Below, one piece after another: positions 1 to 13,089 of a DNA stretch of 64,000 nt. The notes under the pieces are model-generated. The model saw only the letters and a list, made by a program, of their open reading frames with translations, was not told the DNA's origin and did no database searches. The stretch comes from Octopus sinensis (Eukaryota): NCBI RefSeq assembly GCF_006345805.1, contig NW_021836290.1, forward strand, positions 62,001-126,000. Reading direction: 5' to 3'. Both the position numbers and the translations under genes were made by a program. Numbering within the stretch: the first letter of the stretch is position 1; each line of letters starts with the position of its first letter.

Positions 1-178
1 CAGTTTATATATATACCTATATATATATACCTATATACATATATGGTATATAATATTATATATATATAGATATATATAATATATATTATATAGATATATG
101 TGTGGTGTGTGTTGTGGGTGTGTGTGTGTGTGGTGTGTGTGTTTGTGGGTGGGTATGTGTATGTACATATATATATAC

Positions 179-318
179 GACGGGCTTCTTTTCAGTTTCC
201 GTCTACAAGACTGTGGTCGGCCTAGGCTCTAATAGAAAGACATTTGCCCAAGCCGCCACGTAGTGGGCCTGAACTCAGAACACTGCGGTTCGTTGTCAAG
301 CTACTTATCACCACAGCG
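179..318 (-). mobile_element. tRNA-derived SINE, family A (cephalopod type)
   Basis: Reverse complement matches the plus-strand copy at 26636-26800 (gggcaagtg..ctatagcc..gccgacc..ggtagacggaaactgaaagaagcccgtcg); ends in a TA/TG microsatellite. Confidence 0.75.
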
Positions 319-364
319 CAATCCTACATATTATATATATTATATATTTATTTATTTTTTTATT

Positions 365-3075
365 TTATCTAGTTTCAGCTCACGAGCTGTGGCCATGCTG
401 GGGCACCGCATTTGGTGTTGCTACATGATTTTACTTCGAATGCTTTTAAGCAATTGCCATTTGGGTGCATGAGAGAGTTCGATGCAGCTGCCCTCATCTG
501 CACCTCCTGCCGTGAAGTTGGTCATCTGGGGACACCTGACAGGAAGAGTCCAGTTTTATTTTAAAGACATCTGCATCCACCCCATGCAGGTCTCTCAGGT
601 TCTGGGGAGGATATGAAGAAATATGGGGCCTGAAGCCAGGCATCACATTATCTTGTCCTACATCTTGATGCTAAATTTGGAGTCCTTGGCACTACGCAGT
701 GGCGCCCAGTTCTAGTATTTGTGTGTAACTTCTCGATGCCAAAGTTTGGGACAAGTCCTTCTAGGATCTTCCAGATGTTATTATGGCATATCTTTCTCGC
801 TACGCTCTAAGGATAGAGAGTCTAATCTCTTGGTCTTTCCCAGTAGCTTATAGCTGCACAGAGGCTATCTTCTTAGGTCGTGTAGTTTCGTTGGATCGCC
901 TCAGTTCTGGATTAACTTTGACACTGGATGGGACCATAGCTGAGAGCAATAGTCAAAGTGGCTTAGGACAATATCCTCCAGAGGACATCATGGTTTCTTG
1001 GTCCTCTGTTCTAAAGGTTCTAAGAATCCAATCCGGTCAGCCGCCTACATTTCATTGCAATTAGCAACATGCACATGAAAGGTTGCATCATCACTCATGT
1101 AATACCCAGGTCTCGCACTGATTGTGCCTCTGGGATTGCAATCCCTCCAGGTCCAGCGTATTTATTGGGTATTGCATTTAGTTTGCAGCTGATAGCAAAT
1201 AAAGCTTGAAACTTTTCAGCATTGAACTGCATGCTATCTTTCAGCCCCACTTGTATATTTTTTTCAACTCACATTGCAGGTGTATAGTGTCTTCAGGGTC
1301 TTTCTTATTGCATGTGAAACTTTTGTATCACCGCATAACTTGTGGTCGTGGCTCTCTGCGTGGCTGAGGGCATGCCTGAGAGGACCATTATTGAACAGTA
1401 GTGGTTTCAAAACAGTGCCTTGCGGAACACCGCCTCAACTATTTGCGTGTTAATGGAAGTGGCCCCATTGGCTACATACCACCTGGCTTAATATTGAGGA
1501 AAGTCATGAAGCCGTTCTCCCATTTCCAAACTATGCCAAGATCACGCAGTTTGTACAATATCATTCCATGATCGACTTATCAAAGGCCTTTGCAAAGTCA
1601 AGATAGATTCCCATTTGGGTGGTGAGAGCAGTCGTTTCAGCACCCAGTCATAGTGTTGTAGGAGCTGAGTTAGGCAGCTTCTTCCTGGTCGAAATCATGT
1701 TGGGTGTCAGGCAGCAAGTCATTTTCTTCAAGGAAGGTGATTAGTTTCCTTCTGACTATTCGTTCCATGACCTTACTGATGTGTGAGGTCAGAGAGATAA
1801 GTCTGTAGTTCTTGGCCTCCGCTCTGCTACCTCCTTTATGAATAGGGCATATTTTACCTCTTCAGTTTCTTGGAATTGCCAGTTGCAAGGAAGCTCTGAA
1901 CGAGGAACTGCAGTGGTCTTGCTAGGACTCTCTTACATACTTTTAGAAGGATTGCCGGGAATCCATCGGGGCCAGTAGCTGAGTTTGTTTTCATTTCATC
2001 TATAGCCTTTATGGCATCGTCTTCCTTATATTGATGTAATCATCATCGCTGCCTCTGATTTATATCTGCAGTGGTAAAGAAGTCAGTTGGATTAATGACT
2101 TGAAAATGCCCTAGGGGTGGAGTGAAAATACTCTTGAATTGCTCATTAGTATTTCACTTATCCTCATTGGATTCTATGATGAGTGTGCCATCCTTTTCAA
2201 GGAGTGGCCCTATCCTACAGTGCACCGTAGCTGTTTCTTTTTGGCATACCTGTAGAAAGCTCTGGGGTTAGATTTTATGTTGTCTATAGCCCAGGCTTCT
2301 TTGTCTGCTCTTTCTTTTTCCAATTGTTTTATTTCAGGCGGGACTTTTCACTGCTTTCAATTTGTTTGTTTAGACGATTTGAAACTTTTGTACGCCGTCT
2401 CATTAGAATTTTCCTCTCTCTGGGGATTTTGTTCTTGTGTACAGTGGCCTTTCTCTCTGGGACACATTTGTAGCATATGGCTTGCATTACAGACATGAAT
2501 TGTTGGAGTTTCATGTCGATGGAGAGACATTCGGGCCAGTTTTGTTTGAGGATCCTTTCTCAATTCATTTCCAGTTTGCCTTATGGAAGTTCAAGCTGGA
2601 AAGATTCTGAGAGTTTCTTGTAGACTGCATGCCATGCTTTCCTTTGGCCCGTACATGGTCAGCTCTACCATGTTGTGATCCGAGAGTAGTGTCGGTGTCA
2701 CTTTCACATTAGGATGAGATCCATATTATTTGTGAAGCAGAGATCCAGTATGTTACCTGCCATGGTTGGTTGGAGTATTATTTGCTCCATGTACAGAGTG
2801 TTGATGAGTTCAGGAGGGACCTCGCCTTGTTCTCGTTCGCATCGTGTCATTCCTGGGAGAGAAAGGCCCTCGGGCCATCTGACATTGGGCAGATTGAAGT
2901 CTCCCATGAGAAGTACACTTATGTGTGTTCTAATGTGACTAGAACTTCTATTTTTTAAGGCAGTCTTCAAACTTGCCTACATGGCTTGGGGCATCTGGAG
3001 GGTGATATGTAGCACATATAACTACACCAAGTTGCCTTATATGTACAATTAGTGTGTCACACCGAATTTGAGTAT
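365..3075 (-). mobile_element. CR1-group (APE-RT) LINE, degenerate copy 1
   Basis: Frameshifted remnants on the minus strand: GDFNLPNVRWP and GNILDLCFTNN (APE endonuclease), AFDKVDHG and GVPQGTV-like RT motifs; 3' tail at about 365-420; 5' part cut by (TA)n at about 3075. Confidence 0.85.
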
Positions 3076-3100
3076 ATATATATATATAAATATATATAAA

Positions 3101-3149
<49 letters not shown>

Positions 3150-3214
3150 TAAATATATGATATATATATATAAATATATGTATATATATATATATATATA
3201 ATATATAAAAATAT

Positions 3215-3299
<85 letters not shown>

Positions 3300-3330
3300 A
3301 GATATATCGATAGATATCTATATATATAAA
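3070..3330. repeat. (TA)n microsatellite
   Basis: About 260 bp of nearly pure TA repeat. Confidence 0.95.
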
Positions 3331-3790
3331 CCTGAGAATGTGTGTGTGTCTGTCTGTGTGAATCAATAAACTTGAGAACTACACAACCAATTTTATTCAA
3401 ATTTTGCACATGCCTTACTTAGGGTCCATGTAGTGTTATGGGCAAAAACTTTTAACTTCTTGCCGAGGGCGAGCCCACAGCAATATCATATCTTCTCCAC
3501 TATTTCGGTATTACGTGTTAAAAGTGAAACAAAAACATCTCTGTATTGTAATGTCACATGCTTTCACTTTCATAGTGAAACTAATAAAGTGAAACTAATA
3601 AAGTGAAACTATTATATAAGAGGGATGAACCATTAACAGTGGACATCCATTTTGCTAGAAGAAGATCCGCTATGGTCTTATCTGCTACACACTGGTTCAA
3701 TTCATTTTAATCAAATTAATATTCAATTTTTCACCCTTATTATTTTTAACTTAAATTTACATGTATATATATATTCAAAATGTAACCGCG
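3317..3790 (+). mobile_element. Non-autonomous Helitron, 5' part
   Basis: Starts A|TCTATATATATAAA (canonical Helitron 5' TC after A) followed by a gtgtctgtctgt motif. Body matches 58172-58400, which ends in a Helitron hairpin+CTAG, and 38950-39090. Confidence 0.65.
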
Positions 3791-3962
3791 TGTGTACCGT
3801 TGGCAATTTTTTTCTCCGTCTTCCCTTCTTTGGATCTTTCCTTTTCCTATGAGCTCCGCTCGAAACGTTAAACCCTCCTTCTTTCCTGAGCGTCCAATAA
3901 TACTATATTGTCCACGTCCTCGCGTTGTTGTGTTTTCTCTTTGTGTTTTCATGTTTGGATTA

Positions 3963-4053
<91 letters not shown>

Positions 4054-4719
4054 TAGATGTATATATATATTTACATGTATATATATTATATATATATACA
4101 TGTATATATATACATGTATATCTATACATGTATATGTATAGCTGTATATGTATAAATGTATTTCTATAGATATAGATGTATATGTATGTATATATGTATA
4201 TATGTGTGTCTTTGTGTTTCTCCCTCATCACTGCTTCACAACCGGTGTAAAATAATATGTTGTCGCTAAAGATCCAATAAATTGAATTTCTTTTGATTTA
4301 GAAGTTAGTGATCTGAAAATGTGGGTATCTTAGAGCTGGTCAAAGTGTTTGTTATAGCTGTAATTGTCGCAACACACAACAAAATACACACACAGAAATG
4401 AAAACACTCACACACACTCTCACACTCACACACTCACACAGAAATGAAAACACACAGTTACACACTCACTCACTCTCAAAACACACACACACGCACACAA
4501 CACACAACACACACACGCACGCACACACACGGACACACACACACCACACACACACACACACGGACACATGCACAAGCAATGACCTGGAAACACTCTCTCA
4601 CACATGCGCGCGCACACAGACACAGAAATGAAAGCAAATGGATCGATGTATAGATGTATGTTTGTATATAAGTATACTGTAAAGTGTTAATTTGTATGTA
4701 TAATATATATATTATAAAA

Positions 4720-5135
4720 TATGTCAGTTTCATTTAATTTCTGAACGGTTTTGCTGCCGTTTGTTTATGTACTTTGATGTATTTATCCATTTATTTCTAC
4801 TAAGATAGAGACGCGAATAAAATTGATGATAAAGAAACGAAAAATAACACTTTGGAAACAGCCTAAATGGAGATAACTGAGAAAGACTTGAAAATCAACG
4901 TAAGATCGTAATCATGTAAAGTAAATATAACGAATTATCCAGAATCCTTGTCCGGTACCGGATCGATCACAAAATCTAATCAGTTCGTGCCAATCAGGAG
5001 GCCAAACATTTCTGAAAGTGTCATCCAAATCTAACCAACAGTTCTTGGGATATCTCGTCCTCGGACAAGCAAACAAACAAACACGACTGAAAACAATACC
5101 TCCGTCTTCGCTAAGGCGGAGGTAGTAAAATAAGA
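4720..5135 (-). mobile_element. Helentron/HINE (DINE-1-like) non-autonomous element
   Basis: Terminal palindrome cctccgtctt-cgct-aaggcggagg at about 5099-5122, short (TTTG)n microsatellite, internal palindrome tccggtaccgga. This is the typical HINE layout. Confidence 0.45.
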
Positions 5136-6448
5136 AAATGCATACACATCCCTCACACACACACATACACACAACACACACACACAACACACATATATAT
5201 ATATATGGAGGCACATGTTTTTAACACTCATACGTCTTTGCCATATTGTGACGAGGAAACGGGTGCTAACTGCGGGTTCACAAAATTAGAAATCGACCTC
5301 TGATAACTTAATAATAAGGCCTGAAACTATTTGGAAGAATTAGTTTTTCTAGTCACTAAGTGAAAAATCTATTGTTTAATCATGATCTCTATTCCGTACT
5401 GTGAGACTAAAATGTACGTTTAAAAGGACATGAGAACCACGTTCATCTCGTATTTCTGAGTAACATATCGTTGGGTGGTGCTATCAATAATACAAACGCA
5501 TGTGTGTTTTGTGTGTATGTATATGCATGTGCATTTTAATATATCTGTGTACTTGTATAAATTTAATTGCTGTCGTTATAAGAATAATACATATATCGAT
5601 ATATGTGTGTGTATGCGTATGAATATTTATTGACATCAGTGAGAGAGAGAGTGTGTGTGTGTGTGTGTGTGTAGTTGTATGAAAATAATCGTCGCCTAAA
5701 AATTAATGTTAACTTGACATAATCTTTGGAAACTGAATTATTAGCTGTAAACGCTTTTGTATAATAAACTATTGATTTTGAAAAATATCACTTATTTAAG
5801 GGCATTTATGGCTTTCAAGCAAGTACTTAAACAGGAATTATTAGATGCAAATTATTGTTTATAAGTTTTTGTATTCAACTATTTCTATTAAAAATGTTAT
5901 ATTTTTGTTTCTTTGGTATTTAATTAGCAGCCAAAATAAACCCAATGGATTCGCGTTTCCTGTTTTGACGTATCTGAGAAGTGATGTTATTAATAAAACT
6001 GATTTTATATTTAAACCCGCTTCGTTTTAACGATTTATTATAACAAGCAAATACTTTGTTGAAGGAGCACCAATTGGATAAAATACTGGATAACTGTATT
6101 CTTTTATTCTTTTAGTTGTTTCATTCGTTGGACTGCGACTATGCTGGGATATGACGAAATTCTTAATTATGACAGGTGGGTGGTCTTAATGAAGTATTCA
6201 TGTATTTTTACTATTTATTGGTTTCTTAAATGGGAGGATTATATTTTAGATCTAAGGTGATAGGTAATAAAATACCAATGGAATACAATTGGAGAAGAAA
6301 CTGGTGAACACGTAAAAGATTAGATAGACATATGATGGGCAGAATAAACAAACTAGAGAAAAGACAACCACACCAATTTGAACAATAACATCCACACTAG
6401 TAAAAAATCCAAGAACAAAAACTAATAGTTCTCATCCCATTTTTTCTT

Positions 6449-6668
6449 TTAGAAAACAATAATGACAGTTATCGCGATGGCAATGGTGATGGAAAATCCT
6501 AGAGAAAATAGCCAGATGGAGAACTATTACAATAATCTGTGTCACAGAAACAGTAGAGTGCCGTCATGTTATTGAGGGGCGATGTCCAGTATCGGCAACC
6601 GTTGCTGTCGTCGATGCCCTGCAGCGCACCTTGTTTGTAACATCCCCGGATGTAACCGATCCATCCAT
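6449..6668 (-). CDS. Terminal exon of a Ly6/uPAR (three-finger, quiver/sleepless-like) protein, probably GPI-anchored
   Basis: Strong acceptor ctcttttctcgctttctttcAG (AG at 6670-6669). Phase-1 exon reads GWIGYIRGCYKQGALQGIDDSNGCRYWTSPLNNMTALYCFCDTDYCNSSPSGYF, with the LU-domain RGC and C-x-C-x4-CN end motif. As assembled it stops at TAG 6501-6499; adding one T at the T4 run (6508-6505) gives FSLGFSITIAIAITVIIVF* (TAA 6451-6449). Upstream exons were not identified. Confidence 0.8.
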
Positions 6669-6723
6669 CTGAAAGAAAGCGAGAAAAGAGAATGTTAGTG
6701 ATGAAACAAAAACAAATTTTTAT

Positions 6724-6765
<42 letters not shown>

Positions 6766-6839
6766 CGTGGTGTGTGTGTGTTACACACAAGCATCTCGAA
6801 TGTAAACACGCTTCAGTATATTGTTTTATGTGCAGTCAC

Positions 6840-7080
6840 TACCTGGTGCTTCAAAGTTGTTAACGTGTTATTTTCTGGTCAACACTGATAGAACAATCCA
6901 GACAAATCAACCAGACATTATTAAAGACAGGCTAGAAAATACTTGTAAATTGATAGATGATAAAGAATATCGCTGTTAAGGAATTTGAGAAGTTTAATGA
7001 ATATAAGGACCTGTAAATTGAAATACAAAGGATGTGGCGTCAAATATGTTTCCTGTCACAGCTATCAATATTCGAGCTGA
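6840..7080 (+). mobile_element. R4-like RLE endonuclease fragment (highly degenerate)
   Basis: Translates as TDRTIQTNQPDIIK...KNIAVKEFEKFNEYKDL.IEIQRMW, homologous to the RLE ORF at 19835-20391. Confidence 0.5.
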
Positions 7081-7379
7081 CAGGATAGTTAGCACACCGG
7101 GGTGGAGGAAATGTTTAGTGGCATTTCGTCTGTCTTTACGTTCTGAATTCAAATTTCACTGAGGTCGACTTTGTCTTTTTTCCTTTCGGGGTCGATGAAA
7201 CTTCAAGCCTTGTGCCTTTAGTAGAAAGAGCGCCAATTACTACTGGTATCTATCGTCTACTTTCTTCTTTCACATTGTATTCTTTCACAATGTATGTTGA
7301 TAATCATACATGTTCTTTCTTTTATTCACCATAACATTGTGATCTTTGGTCCAGCGGTAATACTAGGTTGAGGAAAAAG

Positions 7380-9600
7380 TTCAATATTTTTGTGGTGTGT
7401 GTGTTCATTCAGTTCATGACATGTTCATCCCAAATCTAGTCCGCATCTTCTTTGTCTTTCTGTCTAAGCTGTTTAGTTCGTCTATTTTCCATGCCATTAC
7501 TCCTGCTCAATATCTAAGGAGTGAAGTCATTCAGGTGTTGATAGGTTCAATCTTATTCCGTCTGTTTAATTTCGACTTAAGGATCAGTCTCAGTCTACGC
7601 GAGTACTCCAAGCTTAAATTTTTCTGTCAGTTCTTTCTCCTTCAATTTATCCATTTCCAATATCACCAAGGACTTATAGTTTGTTTATTCTGCCATCATC
7701 ATCTACTTCAAAACCTCCCCCGACGGTATCGCTAGCCCATCCATACATTTGATTTTGCCTCTATTCAAGACTAACACGCCATACTTTTTCAGTTCGAACT
7801 CCATTCTGATATCAGCACTGAGAGTATACACCGTATCAACGAGGGAACTGACTTGGGATTCATCTTTACCATAAAGTTTGAGATCATCCATGGATAACAA
7901 GTGGTTGACATTTTGTTGGCGGCTTTTGAATACACACCCACCCTTTGCTTTCCTCAGAATCAGTGTTAGTCATGTCATGCACAGTACAAAGGTCAGCGGT
8001 GACAGGCAGTCGCGTTAGAAGATGACTCTCCTGATTTCTGTTGTCCCTAAACTTCTTCCGTATGCTGTCAGTTCCGTCCGCCACTTCGACATACTTTTTC
8101 CGAGCAATCGCTCAACATTCGATGCAATACCAAATCGGTTCATAATCCAAGGATGTAGGATCATATCGTACGCCTTACGATAATCGATCCATGACATGGC
8201 TAAGTTAGTTTTCCTCCTTGCAAGCTCTAGGCACAGTTTTGTCACTCAGGAGTTGATCCTTGGTACCTCTGCACTTAAGCTTGCAACCCTTCTACTCATG
8301 TGGCAGGACTCCATTTTTCCCCAGATGTTCGTACATTGACTCTGCGAGTATTCCAGTCAATAATTTCCACACAAATGGCAAGCAGGATATCAGCCTGTAA
8401 TTGTATACCGTATTGCCTTTTTCGGTGTTTTTCATGCACATCACTGTCCTACCCATTCTCAATCACTCTGGTGTTACTTGGTCGGCATTAACAAGGTGTT
8501 GAGTTGTGCAGCTATTCGTGCATGACATTCACCAAATCTTTTGGTTCAGTAGTCTTGAAATCCATCTGATCACGAGGCCTTCCAGTTGCCCATTTTTTGC
8601 TGATTTCCTTCACTTCCCTATCTGAAATGACTAGTTCTGCCTGTTATTCTGAATAACCTATTCTGCTGGTAACCTTTCATTCTTTGGTCGTATCTGACCA
8701 AATTTGCTTTCTTTGAAACAAGGTGCTGTTTCAGTTGCTCCATTACCACTTTCAGGCCCTTTCTTTCAACATTATACTTCCTGTTCAGTGCCCTGTATTT
8801 TTGTTCGCTTCTAAGATCTCTCTTTTCTTTTCGGTTTAACACAGAAATGTCCTTCTTCGAGAGCATATCTAAACCCCACCTGTATTCTCTTTTCCACCAT
8901 GGCTCTTTTCTTTTGTCACTCTCATTATATTTCTTTTTCTTGACATCAACACCCACAATTTATGCCACAACAATACTTGCTGCCTTGATCAAATTATTTG
9001 TTTCTGTGATGTTTTTGTCCTGATGTTTTCAGAATTTCAGTCACAGCTTTCGTCTCTTGGTTCAATTTCCACAGATCGACCTTTTTAAGGTTGAAAATAA
9101 TGTCGCTATCATTCCCCCATGGCCTTGGCTTTATTTTGTCGTAGATTGCCTTTTGCCAATCTTTCATGTCATCATTAGTTTTAATGCCTTCTTCCAAACC
9201 ATTTATACGTCTCTCATCGAGCAAGCTATCACTGTTCCTTTCCTGTGGTTTATTAGAGATTTCACCTGTTTTCTGCTATGAGATTATTTTTATCACTCGG
9301 AACTGTATAGTCATCGTTTCCTCTGCTGTTGGATAACGACAGGCTGGAGTCGAAATAGTATCTCTGAGTCTGCCGGGTGTAACATTGTCACCAGTGTTTT
9401 TATTGTAACACCATCACTAGATGTATCATCAATCAGAGCATAGGAAGATTCCAACCGCTTCCTTTCATTATTATCATCATCACTGATATTATTATGTTGA
9501 TTTTTTCCTATTTGTCATTGTTAATATTTCCTCTGATCCGACATGAGTTTTCGCTAAATTATTATTATTAACACTATTGCCACCATCACCATTATTACCA
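7380..9600 (-). mobile_element. R4/Dong-like non-LTR retrotransposon, old degenerate copy
   Basis: Fragments MDDLKLYGK, MSWIDYRKAYDMILHPWI, KEPWWKR; (ATT)n-rich tract at the 5' side (about 9560-9630). Confidence 0.8.
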
Positions 9601-10224
9601 TTATTATTACTATTTCCAATTATTATTAAAAGGTATTATTGAATGACGTTTAGTTTCAACCTTTGTCTTGTACTTGAGACGCTCATAAATATGTGAGTGT
9701 TTCAGGGAATAGTAGGAGCAAGATAGATAGCTTGGTGAATAGATTAAATTCCACAGGTCTGTAAATAGATTCGGCAGACGGTGAAAAGATCTGCAATGGG
9801 CATTCCAGTATGATAAGGAGACAAAAGCGGCCTCATACTCTTGGGATTAGCAGAGGTCAAATGTGTTAACTACTCATAGAGATAAATGAAAGCGTTGACC
9901 TTGGTCTTGAAAAGAACCTAGTCTTCTTGTTCTATTTTTAATTATTGATAGAAAAAATAATTATATATATATAGGTGAGAAAGTTGGTGTGTGAAAGCAC
10001 GTGGTTGGATATATAAAAAATAGAAAAGAGTGAAAAACTACAGAAGGCTTGTGTTATAAGGTTGAAGAATATATTTAAGTCGTTATGTTAGAAAAATGTT
10101 AAAATTTTGTTATAAAATTTTGTGTCATGTCTTCGTTTACATAACGAAGACATGACACGATATAGGTAAAGAAATTTGAGAAATTTGAAAAGTTTACACG
10201 AAACGGGTATTTCTCCAAAAGCTA

Positions 10225-11514
10225 CGAGGGGCGTTCAATAAGTAATGCTCCTGACCCACTTCCCATAGCAGTAGAGCAACGAAACTTGGCACAGTTATTA
10301 GCCTTTTTCTACATAGGAACCACCCAGAGTTACGCATTTCTCCCGTTGTTTGATGCAGCTCTGGAGACCGTTTTTGTAGAAGACCCCAGCTTGGTCCTCC
10401 AACCTGAACGTGACTTCAGAAATCAAGGCTGCACCATCTGGGAAACGCTTTCCTTTCAAAAACAACTTCATGACTGGGAAGAGGTGAAAATCAGAGAGTG
10501 CAAGGTCAGGAAAGTAGGGGGATGGGGGAGGAGTTCATAGCCATACGCCTGTGCTTCTGATCTGGCGACAAGCGAGTTGTGGACCGGAGCGTTGTCATGC
10601 AGGAGGAGGATGCCTTTGCTGATCTTGCCCCGCCTCTTGATTTTGATAACTTCTCTTAATTTCCTCAAAAGTGAAGCATAATAGGCTCCTGCAATTGTGG
10701 TACCCTTTGCCAGGAAATCTGTCATCACTACTCCGTCCTGGTACCAGAAGACTGTGAGCATGACCTTGCCAGAGGAGGGCTGCACCCTTGCCTTCTTTGG
10801 AGGGGGTGAGTCACAGTGCTTCCACTGCATTGACTGGGCTTTGGTCTCTGGATCATCGTGATGGACCCAGGTTTCATCCTGTGTAATCAGTCTTTTGAAA
10901 AATTTTGACTCATCTTCTTGGCACATCTCCAAATTCACCCTCGAGCACTCGACGCGTTCTTGCTTCTGGAAAGGCGTGAGCAACCTGGGAATCCATCTGG
11001 CAGACACCTTTTGCATATGCAAATGGTCATGAATGATAGTTTCCACAGACCCAGTACTAATCTTGACCTCATGGGCTATTTGGCGAATAATTATGCGTCG
11101 ATCTTCCAAAATGGCAGCCTCAACTTGACGGACAGATGCCTCATCAATGGCAGAAGGGGCGACCAGATCTGGGAGATGTTTCCACGGAGTTCCGACTATG
11201 TTTGAATTCACGATGCCAGCGTTTTACAAGGTCATATGATGGGGCATCATCACCATAAGTTACTTTCATTTCATCAAAAGTCTCCCGTGGTGTGAGTCCT
11301 TTAAAATACAAAAACCGGATCACTGCTCGACACTCAACAGGCTCCATTTCACACTTGACTCGGTTCAAACACCTGTAAATCAGAAACCACAATTAATTCA
11401 GAGCTGTAACTTGCCACTCACTCTATAGAGATATAAATGATTGCACATGCAAAATTTCAGCTAGATCAAACAACTGCAAGTGGGTCAGAGGCATTACTTA
11501 TTGAACGTCCCTCG
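10225..11514 (-). mobile_element. Full-length mariner (DD34D) DNA transposon
   Basis: TIRs CGAGGG(G/A)CGTTCAATAAGTAATGC..TGACCCACTT at both ends, TA duplications at 10223-10224 and 11515-11516, length 1290 bp. Confidence 0.95.
10298..11347 (-). pseudogene. Mariner transposase, frameshifted
   Basis: MEPVECRAVIRFLY..PRSGRP HTH region, WIPRLL (WVPHEL-like), QDETW, HDNAPVH and the HPP..PDL..SDF motif; at least two frameshifts; stop TAA at 10300-10298. Confidence 0.9.
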
Positions 11515-11807
11515 TATGTTACTATACACAAAATTTTATAACATTTTTCTAACATAACGACTTAAATATATTCTTCAACCTTATAAAACAAGCCTTCTGT
11601 AGTTTTTTCACTCTTTTTTATTTTATGTATATATGTATATATACTGATGTTCACTTCATTGAATTATTTTTCCTTTGAAATTTTCTTTTCTTTTTATAAG
11701 TTTTACTGTGGTTTACAGTTTTTGTAATTGTGCAGTTTCTATATATTGGCAGGTGATTACCTTCTTAATTTTTTGTTTTTTATCGTGCACTTAATTGTGT
11801 TGTTACA

Positions 11808-12290
11808 ATAAAAGGAATGTTTACATATTCGGTTAGTCAAGGAAAAAAGAAAGATAAAATTTTCACACAAAATTGTAGATATTAAAATTTAAAAAAAAAC
11901 TTTTTTAGATGTTCCTTTATATGTCCGATGAGAGACGACTGTTTTTGCAATAAAAGGATGTCTACATTTTCGAATACTCAAGGAGGAAGGAAAGGAAAGA
12001 AAAGGAGGGTAAAAGTTTTACAGAAAATTGTAGACATTAAAGTTTTAAAAATTTACTAACGATGATCTTTTGTATGTCCGAAAAGAGAAAACTATAGTGT
12101 TCTTATAATAAAGAGGATGTTTGCATTTTCGAATTGTCAGGGAGAAAGAAAAGGATATGTATTCGCAGAAGTTGTGGATATTAAAATTTTTAAAGCTGAT
12201 CGTTTCTGTGTTCGAAAACTATAGATATATGTTTTCTTATTTCGAGGGAAATTTAAAATACTCACAGGAAGTTGTAGATATTCCAGTCTT
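11808..12290 (+). repeat. Degenerate tandem repeat, about 140-160 bp unit, about 3.5 copies
   Basis: Units begin aataaaagg(a)atgt at about 11808, 11949 and 12108, each with ttgtaga(t/c)attaaa and tgtccga. Confidence 0.6.
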
Positions 12291-12343
12291 TGAGATTTAT
12301 TTTTCAGTTTTCCTACTGGGTTGTATTAGTGTTTCTGTGCCTT

Positions 12344-12375
<32 letters not shown>

Positions 12376-13089
12376 GTTGTTGTTGTTGTTGTTGTTGTTT
12401 TTGGTGAAGTTATTTAGATATAAGATAAGAAATATACGGATAGCCTTTTACCCGAGAATTTTCCACTTAAATGTTTGCATGTACAGTTTCTAGTTCTGCA
12501 TTATCCAGTTCCGGCTTGTTTTGTTTAATATGTCTGTATTACCCTATTTATAAGTGTGACTGTGTGCAAATGCAAGAATTATGGGGGGGGGTTGTATGCT
12601 TGTATTGTCATATGTGCGTACCTGTTTGTATACATATTCATGTGTGTTTGTGTGTAACGATATATGTGTATAACCATGTGTATGTTGACTTACCTTTCAG
12701 GGGTGGGTTTTTCTGCAGAGCGCATTTTGAATATGTGGAATCGCACGTTGAACTTTTGAATAAATATGATTGAAAGTTGCCGCCACAGGCCTTCTCCACT
12801 CGATTGGAGCAATAGTAGCAGGTGAGGGCAGCAACTATAAGAGGAGAAAAGAAAAGAGAATGTGTTATGTTATATAACAGTTAAACGCTGCGAAAGGTAC
12901 CGTTATTCTCGGTTTAAATACCAGTATAGCGTTTTCTTTCTCTCGAAAACTTCGCCTCTGTTTTAGTGCAAAGACCCAATTCCTCAGGAAAAAAAAAACT
13001 CCAGGAAAAATTTGTTTTAAACTTTTTTTAAATCTTCCGATGCCTTGTTTGTACTGGTGATGGAACTATTCATATTTTTACAAAAGAAT

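Larger units (their letters stand above)
10024..11617. mobile_element. MITE/foldback-like element with about 100-bp inverted ends, interrupted by the mariner
   Basis: 10024-10125 and 11526-11617 are near-perfect reverse complements (aaaagagtgaaaaa..ctacagaaggcttg..aaaattttgtgt). Confidence 0.55.

Noticed and set aside
12685-12770. Strong minus-strand donor AAG|GTAAGT with a short upstream ORF (MRSAEKPTPE)
   Set aside because: Phase 2, incompatible with direct splicing to the phase-1 Ly6 exon, and it has no signal-peptide or Cys pattern.
12780-13040. Possible LTR pair for the Gypsy fragment (12780-13040 versus 14355-14520)
   Set aside because: No direct-repeat similarity between the two sides and no clear TG..CA termini or TSD could be seen.
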